Source: Acidimicrobiia bacterium (GTDB lineage Bacteria; Actinomycetota; Acidimicrobiia; Acidimicrobiales; JANYDT01). Taken from it: a stretch of DNA of 64,000 bases. A program made the position numbers and the translations under genes. Shown here piece by piece: positions 7,935 through 17,477 of the stretch; within the stretch, counting starts at the first letter, position 1, and every line of letters begins with the position of its first letter. Below the pieces are notes generated by a model that did not search any database, had not been told where the DNA came from, and saw only the letters and a program-made list of their open reading frames with translations. The stretch covers positions 39,252 through 103,251 of the forward strand of contig JANNBN010000063.1 in NCBI GenBank assembly GCA_031385545.1. Reading direction: 5' to 3'.

Positions 7935-9320
7935 CTACAGGCCGCCCAGTGGATCTGCGGGGCCATTGGGGCGGCGCACGGACACGCCGTCTCGTACAAC
8001 TACCTCGCCGTTCACCACCACGTGGTGCACGTCAGATGCCGTGGCCGCCAGAACAGCAGCGCTTGGCAGCAGCTCCGCTGGCACGCTGCGCAACCTGTCG
8101 CCGGTGATATCGAGGCTGATGAAGTCCGCCAGGCACCCTTCTTCGATCGCACCGGCCCGGTCCCATCCGAGGCTGCGGTACCCGTTCACGGAGCCAGCCT
8201 GCAGCAACGACGCCGGCGTGTGCGTTCCACGGCGGCCGGACACCAGTCGCTGGTGCATCTCGACGGCACGCATCTCTTCAAACGGATCGATCACCGACTG
8301 GCTGTCAGAACCGATGCAGAGGTTAGCCCCTGCGGCTTCGAGCGCCCCGGTTGGCGCAATCCCATCGGCAAGCACCCGCTCGGTCGTCGGGCAGCACGAG
8401 ATGAAGGACCCGGCAAGACCATATGCGCGCACATCATCATCGGTGAGGTGAGTCGCATGGACTGCACAGAACGGCGCACGGAGATCGCCGGCGCCGGCGC
8501 GCATGAGCAGCCCGGTCGGGGTGTTGCCATGATGACGGAGCGCCTGCCGGTTCTCTTCGGGTTGCTCCGACACATGCGCGTGCAATGGCAACGACCGCAC
8601 CCGGGCCCACCTGAACACAAGCTCGGCGTCGTCAGGTGCCACCGCACGCACGGAGTGGATTGCAGCACCGAGCCGAACGGTCGCGCGCCCCCGCAGCGTA
8701 CGGGCCAAGCCTTCGACCCTGGCCTCCCATGCCGCGGCAGACCCATCGCTGAAACGCTGCTGCTGCTCGCTGACCGTCGACGACCCGAAGCCGGCTCGCA
8801 GATAGCAGGTGTCGAGCAGCGTGATCCGGATGCCGGCCGACTGGGCGGCCTCGACCACCGCCAGCTCCATGGCGTGTGGGTCGTCGTAGGGGCGGCCGTC
8901 AGGCTCGTGATGCACGTAGTGGAACTCGCCGACCGCGGTGTACCCGGCCTGCACCATCTCGGTGAACACGTCGGCAGCAAGCTGGCCGTAGGACTGCGGG
9001 GTGAGGTCGTGCGCGGCCTGGTACATCTGGTCCCGCCACGACCAGAACGAATCCGCTTCGACCGAGCTGACGGGCTCCGCGGAGCGAAGCAGCCGATGGA
9101 ACGCGTGGGAGTGGGTGTTGGCCAACCCAGGCAGCGTGAGCCCGGCAAGCACGTCGGCGCCGGGGGGAATGTCAGGAACGTCGATTTCGACGGATTCGAT
9201 TCGTCCGCCATGGGCCGTGATCGCCACGGATTGGTGCAGGGATGCCGGTTCCAGCGCCCCGCCCACCCACGCGTGTTCGGCCCAATAGACCCTGGGCTGG
9301 TCGCCGCGTCGCGGATTCAT
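7935..9320 (-). CDS. hutF: Formimidoylglutamate deiminase
   Basis: NTHSHAFHRLLR, DSFWSWRDQMY and AGYTAVGEFHYVHH closely match my memory of Pseudomonas HutF (NLHSHAFQRAMAG, DSFWTWRELMY, AGYTAVAEFHYVHH). Length 461 aa. Confidence 0.85.
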   Translation of the reverse strand: MNPRRGDQPRVYWAEHAWVGGALEPASLHQSVAITAHGGRIESVEIDVPDIPPGADVLAGLTLPGLANTHSHAFHRLLRSAEPVSSVEADSFWSWRDQMYQAAHDLTPQSYGQLAADVFTEMVQAGYTAVGEFHYVHHEPDGRPYDDPHAMELAVVEAAQSAGIRITLLDTCYLRAGFGSSTVSEQQQRFSDGSAAAWEARVEGLARTLRGRATVRLGAAIHSVRAVAPDDAELVFRWARVRSLPLHAHVSEQPEENRQALRHHGNTPTGLLMRAGAGDLRAPFCAVHATHLTDDDVRAYGLAGSFISCCPTTERVLADGIAPTGALEAAGANLCIGSDSQSVIDPFEEMRAVEMHQRLVSGRRGTHTPASLLQAGSVNGYRSLGWDRAGAIEEGCLADFISLDITGDRLRSVPAELLPSAAVLAATASDVHHVVVNGEVVVRDGVSVRRPNGPADPLGGL

Positions 9321-9335
9321 GATCCACTCATCGGC

Positions 9336-9911
9336 TCATGATCCGACGCGCTGGACGAACTGGGTGATCCGTTCCACGAATGCTGCCCGGTGCCACTGCT
9401 CGAACTGCTCCCACGTGGTGAGCGTGCGGGTGTCGACCACCCGGTCGAGGAACAGCAGCCCGTCGAGGTGGTCCAGCTCGTGCTGAAAGGTTCCGGCAGT
9501 CAGCCCTCGCTTCACCTCGACGTGCGCATCGCCGTGCCGGTCGAGGTACGACACGCGTATGTTCACGTGCCGGAATACATTGCCGCGCATGTTGGGAACG
9601 GACAGGCAGCCCTCGTTGATCTCGACGAGTTCGTCGTCGAGGAACTCGACAACGGGGTTGATGACCACGGTGAGCGGGATGGGCGGTTTGTATGGGTACC
9701 GAGGGTTGTGGTTCACCTCGATGGTTGCGATGCGGACCAGCTCACCGATCTGGTTCGCGGCGATACCGGCTCCGTTCGCGTGGTGCATGGTGTCGATCAG
9801 ATCGTCGATGACGCCCTGCACGTTCGGCCCGGCGATGTCAGCGGGGTCAACCTCGTGTGCGCGCTCGCGCAACACCGGGTGGCCAACGGTGAGGACGTCT
9901 CTGACCGCCAC
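9336..9911 (-). CDS. def: Peptide deformylase
   Basis: The three canonical motifs are present: GAGIAANQIG, EGCLSVP, HELDHLDG. Confidence 0.93.
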   Translation of the reverse strand: MAVRDVLTVGHPVLRERAHEVDPADIAGPNVQGVIDDLIDTMHHANGAGIAANQIGELVRIATIEVNHNPRYPYKPPIPLTVVINPVVEFLDDELVEINEGCLSVPNMRGNVFRHVNIRVSYLDRHGDAHVEVKRGLTAGTFQHELDHLDGLLFLDRVVDTRTLTTWEQFEQWHRAAFVERITQFVQRVGS

Positions 9912-9920
9912 GACGGACCC

Positions 9921-10808
9921 TCAGCTCTGGGTGGTCTCGACCGGCGGCAGCTTGCGAAACGGCGACATCCCTGCGTCGACGATTGCCTGCGAGAACGGCC
10001 GACCGGCTTGACGAAGCTCGGCACACGCGGCCTCGCCGGCCGCAAGGTACGGGGCCGCCGACAGGCTGTCGGTGAGGTCTTCGATGCGCTGGCGCTGCGT
10101 CGTACCCGCTTCGGTGAGCGTCACACCGCCATCGTCGGTGCGGGCGACCAGGCCGCGAGCGAGAAGGCCATCGACGGCGCGTTGGTAGGCCTCCTCGGGC
10201 CAAGCCCTGGTCGCGCGCATCATGTCGACAGGCATCGTGCCGGTTGCGATGTGCGTGACGTGCGCGTCCAGGCCCGACAGTCCTTCGGACACCAGAATTG
10301 CAATGTGCCCGTCGCCGCGGTACTCGCGCAGCAGGGTCTGTGCGTGCCACAGCACCAGTGCCGGTTGGCTGGCGTCCGGCCACGGCAGACCTGCATATCC
10401 GGCGAACAGCGGGCGCCCGTCGATGCGAGTAGCTGCGTCCAGAGCGATGGACTGGGCCAGTTCTGCTGCACGTGCCGTAGCGGCTGATTGCGTGTGCTCG
10501 GCGCAGTGCTTCTGGAAGGTGTCGGCGATCATCGCCAGGCGTGCGGCCAGGACTTGCTCGGGGGTGACCTTCGTCCACACGTTCGGGATAGCGGCACGGA
10601 CCAGATCGGGTGCGAAGTTGAAGAATGTGGAGATCACCAGTTCAGCGGTGGCCGCGCCGAGTGGCGCGGACCGCCCAGCGAAGTAACCCTCACGGCCGAC
10701 CAGGCCGATTGCTTCGTATGCCGGAGCCGCAAGCGGCGAGAAATACGCTGTGGCGTGGATGGGTTCGAGGGTCATCCAGGTTCGTCGCGGGAACGGCAGG
10801 TCGGTCAT
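9921..10808 (-). CDS. Conserved hypothetical protein with C-terminal MarR-like winged-helix segment
   Basis: The 295-aa ORF is tightly packed between hutU and def (26-bp and 9-bp gaps). The C-terminal segment LLARGLVARTDDGGVTLTEAGTTQRQRIEDLTD resembles a wHTH. I do not confidently recognise a family. Confidence 0.65.
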   Translation of the reverse strand: MTDLPFPRRTWMTLEPIHATAYFSPLAAPAYEAIGLVGREGYFAGRSAPLGAATAELVISTFFNFAPDLVRAAIPNVWTKVTPEQVLAARLAMIADTFQKHCAEHTQSAATARAAELAQSIALDAATRIDGRPLFAGYAGLPWPDASQPALVLWHAQTLLREYRGDGHIAILVSEGLSGLDAHVTHIATGTMPVDMMRATRAWPEEAYQRAVDGLLARGLVARTDDGGVTLTEAGTTQRQRIEDLTDSLSAAPYLAAGEAACAELRQAGRPFSQAIVDAGMSPFRKLPPVETTQS

Positions 10809-10834
10809 GGCAGCACCCTACCGGCTCGGTCCGC

Positions 10835-12493
10835 TCAGGATTCCTGCATCGGGACGCGGACACCGCGCTCGGCCGCCACGTGATCGGCGAGGTCGTAGCC
10901 AGCGTCGACATGGCGGATGACGCCCATGCCGGGGTCGTTCGTCAGGACCCGTTCAAGCTTCTGCGCCGCAAGGTCGGTGCCATCAGCAACGCTGACCTGC
11001 CCGGCGTGGATGCTGCGGCCCATGCCGACTCCACCGCCATGATGCAGCGACACCCAGCTCGCGCCGCTGGCCACGTTGACCATGGCGTTGAGGAGCGGCC
11101 AGTCGGCAACGGCGTCGGATGTGTCCAGCATCGCCTCGGTCTCGCGGTACGGCGAGGCCACGCTGCCGCAGTCGAGATGGTCACGCCCGATGACGATGGG
11201 GGCAGACACGGTGCCGTTGCGGACCATTTCGTTGAACATGAGCCCCGCCTTGTCACGCTCGCCGTTACCGAGCCAGCAGATGCGTGCGGGCAGACCTTGG
11301 AACGCCACCCGATCCTGTGCGGCGCGGATCCATCGGTGCAGCGGATCGTTGTCGGGGAAGAGGCGGAGTACTGCCTCGTCGGTGGCGCGAATGTCGGCCG
11401 GGTCACCTGACATGGCGACCCATCGGAAAGGTCCTTTGCCTTCGCAGAACAGCGGACGGATGTAGGCAGGCACGAAACCCGGATACGCCATCGCGTCCTT
11501 GTACCCATGAGCCAGCGCTTCGGCGCGCAGCGAGTTGCCGTAGTCGAACACCTCCGCCCCCGCCTTCTGGAACCCGACCATGGCGTCGACGTGGACGACG
11601 ATCGAGTCCCTGGCGCGGGTGGTATAGCCGGCCGGGTCCGTGCGACGGAGGTCGTCGGCTTGTTCGAGCGTCATGCCCTGCGGGATGTAGTTGAGGGGGT
11701 CATGGGCGCTGGTCTGGTCGGTCACGATGTCGATCGGGAACCCGCTTGCGAGCAGTGCAGGGTAGATGTCGGCGGCATTGCCGACCACGCCGATGCTGAG
11801 CGCGCGTCCTTCGTCTCGTGCCTGCTCCGCGAGGTGTTTGGCCTCGTCGAGATCGCGGGCGACCGTGTCCAGGTAGCGGGTCTGGATTCGCCGCTCGATG
11901 CGTGACGGGTCAACGTCGGGACAGATCGCCACTCCGCCGTTCATGGTGACAGCAAGAGGTTGCGCGCCACCCATGCCGCCGACACCGGCGGTGAGTGTGA
12001 TGGTACCCTGCAGCGTGCCGCCGAAGCGCTTCGCGGCCACGGCACCGAACGTTTCGTATGTGCCCTGAAGAATGCCCTGCGTGCCGATGTAGATCCACGA
12101 CCCTGCAGTCATTTGGCCGTACATCATGAGCCCCAGTGCGTCGAGGCGGCGGAACTCGTCCCAGTTGGCCCAGTCCCCCACCAGGTTGGAGTTGGCGAGC
12201 AACACCCGAGGTGCCCATTCGTGTGTGCGCATAACACCTACCGGTTTGCCGGACTGCACGAGCATTGTCTCGTCGTCCTTCAGGGTAATAAGCGTGCGCA
12301 GGATCGCCTCGTAGCTCTGCCAGTTGCGGGCTGCCTTGCCGAACCCGCCGTAGACCACCAGGTCTTCGGGGTGTTCGGCCACCTCGGGATCCAGGTTGTT
12401 CTGGATCATCCGGTACGCGGCTTCCTGCGGCCACGACAGGCAGGAGAGGCCGGACCCACGGGGCGAGCGGACGATTCGATCAGCGCGAGACAT
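10835..12493 (-). CDS. hutU: Urocanate hydratase
   Basis: 552 aa with characteristic urocanase blocks throughout ([32 protein letters not shown]). Confidence 0.95.
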   Translation of the reverse strand: MSRADRIVRSPRGSGLSCLSWPQEAAYRMIQNNLDPEVAEHPEDLVVYGGFGKAARNWQSYEAILRTLITLKDDETMLVQSGKPVGVMRTHEWAPRVLLANSNLVGDWANWDEFRRLDALGLMMYGQMTAGSWIYIGTQGILQGTYETFGAVAAKRFGGTLQGTITLTAGVGGMGGAQPLAVTMNGGVAICPDVDPSRIERRIQTRYLDTVARDLDEAKHLAEQARDEGRALSIGVVGNAADIYPALLASGFPIDIVTDQTSAHDPLNYIPQGMTLEQADDLRRTDPAGYTTRARDSIVVHVDAMVGFQKAGAEVFDYGNSLRAEALAHGYKDAMAYPGFVPAYIRPLFCEGKGPFRWVAMSGDPADIRATDEAVLRLFPDNDPLHRWIRAAQDRVAFQGLPARICWLGNGERDKAGLMFNEMVRNGTVSAPIVIGRDHLDCGSVASPYRETEAMLDTSDAVADWPLLNAMVNVASGASWVSLHHGGGVGMGRSIHAGQVSVADGTDLAAQKLERVLTNDPGMGVIRHVDAGYDLADHVAAERGVRVPMQES

Positions 12494-12555
12494 GCCAGTT
12501 GTCTACCCGATCCAACGAACGGAGTCCCGCGGATGTGGCCCGATACAGTCGAGCA

Positions 12556-13683
12556 ATGTCCGGACCCCTCTCCGCCGCTGTCGTGGCGCACCTGCTCGAT
12601 TTGGCTCCCATGGCCGAGTCCCATGAGCGTGCTCGTCGTTTGTCCGACGACGCTGTCGCCCGCCTGCGGTCGATCGGGGTGTTGCGCTCGTACGTGCCGT
12701 CCGTTTACGGCGGGCCCGAGTCGACGCCGTTCGACACGATGACGGCGATTCGGTTACTCAGCGCTGCCGACGGGGCTACAGGGTGGTGCGCCAACATCGC
12801 ATCGCTCACGTCGCATCTGGCTGGTTCGGTTCATCCCGACGTCGCCCGCGTCGTGTTCGAAGATCCCGACGCTGCCGTGTGCGGCGCCTACGCGCCGAAC
12901 GGAGTTGGGGTGCGGTCAGCTGACGCGGATTCGTTTTCAGTTACTGGCCGCTGGGCATGGGGCAGCGGATCGTCGTTCGCAACCTGGATGACAGCCGGCA
13001 CCATCTGCGACGACGGAACGGCGCGGCACATGATCATCCCGATGGCGCAGATCACCATGCACGACACCTGGGACGCCAGCGGGTTGCGCGGTACTTCGTC
13101 GCATGATTTTTCGGTCGCAGGCGCAGTTGTCGACGCGGTGTTCTCGGCCGACATGGTTTCGCCTGCCCGGCATGCAGATGCGGCCATTTCTCGGCTTCCG
13201 TTGTTCATCCTGTTCTCAGGCGGGGTCGCTTCGGTCATGCTCGGAATTGCCCGGCGGGCGATCGACGAAATTGTCACACTCGCCCAGGCCAAGAAGCCGA
13301 TGCAGTCGTCGAAGACCCTGTCGCAATCGCCCATCGCTCAGGTCGAGGTGGCTCGAGCTGAGGCGCTACTCCGCTCGGCGACCGCGTTCCTCGATGAAAC
13401 GGTCGACTCGGCATGGCAGACCGTGCTTGCCGGCGACAAGGTATCGGTTGAACAGCGGTTGTCAGCTCGTCTCGCCGGGTCATTCGCTGGTGAGCAGGCC
13501 TGTGCTGCTGTGGACCTTTGCTACAAGGCCGGGGGCGGGGCTGCCGTGTACTCGTCGTCACCCTTGCAGCGCTGCTTCCGCGATGTGCACACCGCCGCTG
13601 CCCACATCATGGTCAGTCCGCGTGCATACGAATTGGTCGGGCGGTCTCGGCTTGGGCTGCCAATCGACACCAACAGCATCTGA
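12556..13683 (+). CDS. Acyl-CoA dehydrogenase-fold flavoprotein (type-2 ACAD / two-component monooxygenase oxygenase-like)
   Basis: ACAD N/middle/C-terminal pattern (VLRSYVPSVYGG, GWCANI, SGRWAWGSGS). I chose the ATG at 12556 rather than the ORF-track start at 12499, because 12499 would leave only 5 bp to the divergent hutU start. Confidence 0.78.
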   Translation: MSGPLSAAVVAHLLDLAPMAESHERARRLSDDAVARLRSIGVLRSYVPSVYGGPESTPFDTMTAIRLLSAADGATGWCANIASLTSHLAGSVHPDVARVVFEDPDAAVCGAYAPNGVGVRSADADSFSVTGRWAWGSGSSFATWMTAGTICDDGTARHMIIPMAQITMHDTWDASGLRGTSSHDFSVAGAVVDAVFSADMVSPARHADAAISRLPLFILFSGGVASVMLGIARRAIDEIVTLAQAKKPMQSSKTLSQSPIAQVEVARAEALLRSATAFLDETVDSAWQTVLAGDKVSVEQRLSARLAGSFAGEQACAAVDLCYKAGGGAAVYSSSPLQRCFRDVHTAAAHIMVSPRAYELVGRSRLGLPIDTNSI

Positions 13684-13799
13684 CAATGGGTTCCGCGCAC
13701 ATCGGGTTCCTGCACACCGCACAGGCGCACGTGGCAACGTTGAACGCTCCGGCGCACCCGAGCCCGTGTGATCCGAAGACCTCACTGTTTCGACCAGTT

Positions 13800-13875
13800 T
13801 TGATCTGTCACGTGACGTTATGCCAACCGAGCGGGCCTCCGCAGCGGCGGCCCAATACGTCACGTGACAGATCAA
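13800..13875. repeat. Perfect 19-bp inverted repeat TTGATCTGTCACGTGACGT (13800-13818) / ACGTCACGTGACAGATCAA (13857-13875) with a 38-nt spacer; a third partial copy CGTCACGTGACAG lies at 14001-14013
   Basis: Read directly. Each arm is centred on the 10-bp palindrome GTCACGTGAC. It lies in the 335-bp gap between two convergent genes. Confidence 0.9.
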
Positions 13876-13896
13876 CACCAACCAAACCCCACTTCC

Positions 13897-13979
13897 ACGT
13901 CGCGTCCCCCACGAGCGTGCGCGTCCCCCCAGTGTCGACCCCCAAGGACCGCGAACCACCCCACCAGGACGCGAAGTCA
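13897..13979. repeat. Copy A of a dispersed ~83-nt hairpin-forming intergenic element (second copy at 52950-53031)
   Basis: By-eye alignment. Both copies start ACGTCGCGTCCCCCACG, contain a second GCGTCCCC, then GGAC(C)GCG and end GGACGCGAAGTCA. Overall identity is about 70% by eye. Confidence 0.75.
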
Positions 13980-14018
13980 CCCACCTCCACGTTGCAGATT
14001 CGTCACGTGACAGTTCGT

Positions 14019-15536
14019 TCAGCGGAGAATCAACGTCTCTTCACCCTCGACAACGGCTGCCAGCAACCCCCCGCTGCGCACCAGTTGCGCAGCCAGTTCC
14101 AATTCGGGTGACAGGTAGCGGTCAGGGCCGGGGCCACCCACTCCCGAAGCTCGCAGCGCTGCGACCGCCCGACCTGTTGCAGACGCAGGCTGCAGCGGTG
14201 CACGGAGTTCGATGCTCCGAGCAGCGGCCACGGCTTCGACGGAGATCACCCTCGCCAGGTTGTCAACGGCAGTGCGAAGTTTCCGAGCAGCGGACCAGCC
14301 CATCGAGACATGGTCCTCCTGCATCGCAGACGACGGGATGGAGTCGACCGATGACGGCTGTGCCAACCGCTTGCAGTCGTGCACCAGCGCCGCCTGGGTG
14401 TATTGGGCGATCATCAGCCCGGAGTCGACGCCAGGGTCATCTGCGAGGAACGGGGGCAGCCCATGGTTACGGGCGCGGTCGAGGTGCCGGTCAGTACGCC
14501 GTTCGCAGATAGATGCAACGTCAGCAACGGCAATCGCACAGAAGTCCAGCACGTACCCGACCGGTGCGCCATGGAAGTTTCCGTTCGACGACACCGTTCC
14601 GTCCGGCAGCACCACCGGGTTGTCGATCGACGACGCAAGTTCCCGCTCTGCCACAACGGCCGCGTGGTCGAACGTGTCACGAGCAGCCCCGTGGACCTGC
14701 GGGGTGCACCGCAATGAGTACGCATCCTGCACACGGCTGTCGCCTTCGCGGTGCGACGCAACCATAGGCGACCGGGAGAGAAATGCCATCAGGTTCGCTG
14801 CACTGGCAGCCTGGCCGGGATGCGGCCGCAACGCTTGCAGCTCCGGCCGAAACACCTGATCGGTGCCGAGCAATCCTTCGACGCTCATGGCCGCTGTCAG
14901 ATCGGCTGTCTGCATCATCATGCGCAGATCTGCAAGCGCCATGAGCAGCATGCCCAACATGCCATCTGTGCCGTTGATGAGCGCGAGGCCTTCCTTCTCG
15001 CGCAGCTCGACCGGTTCGATACCCGCTGCGCGCAGCGCCGGTCCCGCTTCGCCCTCTCCCATCAGCGTCAACGCAACGTGCGAAAGCGGAGCAAGGTCAC
15101 CGCTGCAGCCAAGTGATCCGAACTCCCGCACGGGTGGGACAATGCCAGCGTTCAGGAGTGCGGCGAGAGTTTCCACAACGACCGGCCTCACACCCGTCCG
15201 GCCGGAACAGAGGGTCTTGAGGCGGAGGAACATCAGTGCGCGTACGACTTCTTCCTCCACCAGCGGCCCCATGCCGGCAGCATGGGAACGGATGAGCGAC
15301 CGTTGCAGCTGGACCCGGCTTTCCAACGGGATATGGCGCTGAGCCAGCGCGCCGAACCCGGTTGAAATCCCGTACGAAGGGGTTTCGCCTGCAGCGAGCC
15401 GTTCGACGACTGCTCGGCTTTCAGCGACCGCAGCCAGAGCGGTCGGGCTGATCCGGACCTCGGCACGGCCCCGTGCCACGGCACAGACGTCGGCCGTGCT
15501 GACCCCGGAGGTCTCGATGGTGATCGGTGAAGTCAT
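14019..15536 (-). CDS. hutH: Histidine ammonia-lyase
   Basis: HAL/PAL family along the whole length. The MIO region is GSLGCSGDLAPLSH. The start is set at MTSPITIETSG (ATG 15536); the 45-codon upstream extension in the ORF track has no HAL counterpart. Confidence 0.93.
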   Translation of the reverse strand: MTSPITIETSGVSTADVCAVARGRAEVRISPTALAAVAESRAVVERLAAGETPSYGISTGFGALAQRHIPLESRVQLQRSLIRSHAAGMGPLVEEEVVRALMFLRLKTLCSGRTGVRPVVVETLAALLNAGIVPPVREFGSLGCSGDLAPLSHVALTLMGEGEAGPALRAAGIEPVELREKEGLALINGTDGMLGMLLMALADLRMMMQTADLTAAMSVEGLLGTDQVFRPELQALRPHPGQAASAANLMAFLSRSPMVASHREGDSRVQDAYSLRCTPQVHGAARDTFDHAAVVAERELASSIDNPVVLPDGTVSSNGNFHGAPVGYVLDFCAIAVADVASICERRTDRHLDRARNHGLPPFLADDPGVDSGLMIAQYTQAALVHDCKRLAQPSSVDSIPSSAMQEDHVSMGWSAARKLRTAVDNLARVISVEAVAAARSIELRAPLQPASATGRAVAALRASGVGGPGPDRYLSPELELAAQLVRSGGLLAAVVEGEETLILR

Positions 15537-15600
15537 CCAGTCAGTCAACCGCATACAGAAGCGGGGCCGGTGCGTCGACCGGTTCTTGCACAGATAGCGT

Positions 15601-15984
15601 GTGCCTATGTCTTCCATTTCCAAACCCGAGGTCACCGTTCCCACAGGCAATCCCCCGGCGGAACTGCTCATCGAAGACCTTGTGGTCGGCGACGGTCACG
15701 AGGCAACGGCGGGGAAGAGTGTCGAGGTCCACTACGTCGGGGTCAGCTGGTCAACCGGCACCGAGTTCGATGCCTCATGGACCCGCCGCGAGACGTTCTC
15801 CTTCGGGTTGGGTGCCGGCATGGTCATCTCCGGCTGGGACCAGGGTGTGCAGGGGATGAAGATCGGCGGTCGCCGTCGCCTCACCATCCCACCGCACCTC
15901 GGCTACGGCACCCGCGGTGCAGGCGGCGCGATCGGGCCCAACGAAACCCTCATCTTCGTGGTCGACCTGATCGACGCCCAGTAG
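15601..15984 (+). CDS. FKBP-type peptidyl-prolyl cis-trans isomerase
   Basis: VHYVGVSWSTGTEFDASW...FSFGLGAGMVISGWDQGVQGMKIGGRRRLTIPPHLGYG...LIFVVDL is a canonical FKBP core. Confidence 0.92.
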   Translation: MPMSSISKPEVTVPTGNPPAELLIEDLVVGDGHEATAGKSVEVHYVGVSWSTGTEFDASWTRRETFSFGLGAGMVISGWDQGVQGMKIGGRRRLTIPPHLGYGTRGAGGAIGPNETLIFVVDLIDAQ

Positions 15985-15999
15985 CGAGAGGGGCTGTCC

Positions 16000-17463
16000 A
16001 TGAGCATCCCGAAGCTTGCCGACCCCACCCTGTTCAAAACCCTCGGCCATATCAACGGCGAGTGGGTCGGTGCCGACGACGGCCGCACGTACGTGGTCGA
16101 CAACCCGGGTACGGGCGAGAAGGTGGCGTCGGCGCCAAAGATGGGCGCCGCAGAGACCCACCGAGCAATTGCTGCGGCAGAGGCAGCATTCCCCGGATGG
16201 AGCAGGACCCCCGCCAAGACCCGGGGCCAGATCCTGCGCAAGTGGGCCGAACTCATGGTGGCCAACGCAGATGACCTGGCGCTCATCATGTCCACGGAGC
16301 AGGGCAAGCCGTTGGCCGAAGCGAAAGGCGAGATCACGTACGCAGCCAGCTTCTTGGAGTGGTTCGCCGAAGAGGCGCGGCGGGTCGACGGGGCAATCAT
16401 CAGTGCGCCTACCAACGACCGTCGCTTGCTGGTGTTGCGTCAACCGGTCGGCGTCACTGCGGCTATCACGCCATGGAACTTTCCGGCGGCAATGCTCACG
16501 CGGAAACTCGGCCCAGCTCTTGCGGTCGGTTGCACCATCGTGTGTAAGCCAGCACAACAGACCCCGCTTACCGCTATGGCCGTGGTCGAGCTTGCCGTGC
16601 GGGCCGGCGTGCCTGCTGGCGTGGTCAATCTGGTGGTCGGCGACGAAGCTTCGCTCATCGGCGGCGCGCTGACGTCATCGCCCGTTGTGCGCAAACTGTC
16701 GTTCACCGGTTCCACCGAGGTGGGCAAGCTCCTCACCCGCCAGTGCGCTGACACCATGAAGAAGGTGTCGATGGAGTTGGGCGGCAACGCGCCGTTCATC
16801 GTGTTCGATGATGCCGACTTGGAGACAGCGGTGGCGGGTGCGCTCGTCGCCAAGTATCGCAACACTGGTCAGGCCTGCACTGCCGTCAACCGGATTTATG
16901 TGCAGCGGGGTATCGCCGACGCGTTCACGCGGCGGCTCGCAGAAGAGGTGGCCAAGTTCACGGTCGGCATCGGCACCACGCCCGGGGTGAACGTAGGCCC
17001 GCTTATCGATTCGGCAGCGCTGGCGAAGGTACGCTCGCATGTGGACGATGCTGTGGCCCGCGGTGCACAGGTTGCCGTGGGCGGATCGTCGCATTCGCTT
17101 GGCGGGTTGTTCTTCCAGCCGACTCTCCTCACCGACGTCCCAGCCGATGCGCTGATGTGTGCAGAAGAGACGTTCGGCCCAGTGGCAGGCATCACGGTGT
17201 TCGACACCGAGGAAGAAGTCATCACCGCCGCCAATGCCACACCTTTCGGGCTCACTGCCTACTTCTTCACCAAGGACAATGCCCGCGTGTGGCGGGTTGG
17301 CGAGGCGCTGGAGTCCGGCATGGTTGCGGTCAACACGGGCCTGCTGTCAACGGCCGAGGCACCATTCGGCGGGGTGAAGGAGAGCGGGCTTGGCCGTGAA
17401 GGCAGCCGCTGGGGCACCGACGACTGGACCGAACTGAAGTACCTCGCCGTCGCCGGGCTGTAG
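16000..17463 (+). CDS. gabD: NAD(P)-dependent succinate-semialdehyde dehydrogenase
   Basis: ALDH family with catalytic ELGGNAP and Cys motif GQACTAVNR. The N-terminal region resembles GabD/SSADH (INGEWV...). Confidence 0.88.
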   Translation: MSIPKLADPTLFKTLGHINGEWVGADDGRTYVVDNPGTGEKVASAPKMGAAETHRAIAAAEAAFPGWSRTPAKTRGQILRKWAELMVANADDLALIMSTEQGKPLAEAKGEITYAASFLEWFAEEARRVDGAIISAPTNDRRLLVLRQPVGVTAAITPWNFPAAMLTRKLGPALAVGCTIVCKPAQQTPLTAMAVVELAVRAGVPAGVVNLVVGDEASLIGGALTSSPVVRKLSFTGSTEVGKLLTRQCADTMKKVSMELGGNAPFIVFDDADLETAVAGALVAKYRNTGQACTAVNRIYVQRGIADAFTRRLAEEVAKFTVGIGTTPGVNVGPLIDSAALAKVRSHVDDAVARGAQVAVGGSSHSLGGLFFQPTLLTDVPADALMCAEETFGPVAGITVFDTEEEVITAANATPFGLTAYFFTKDNARVWRVGEALESGMVAVNTGLLSTAEAPFGGVKESGLGREGSRWGTDDWTELKYLAVAGL

Positions 17464-17477
17464 CGGCGCGAGAGGGT

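Noticed and set aside
14019-15671. HutH has Cys-Ser-Gly instead of the textbook Ala-Ser-Gly at the MIO-forming triad (GSLGCSGDLAPLSH). The ORF track also gives it a 45-codon N-terminal extension.
   Set aside because: I recall CSG being the normal variant in actinobacterial histidases (Streptomyces type), so it is probably lineage-typical rather than novel. The extension has no HAL counterpart and would nearly abut the divergent FKBP gene; the Met at 15536 fits HAL N-termini.
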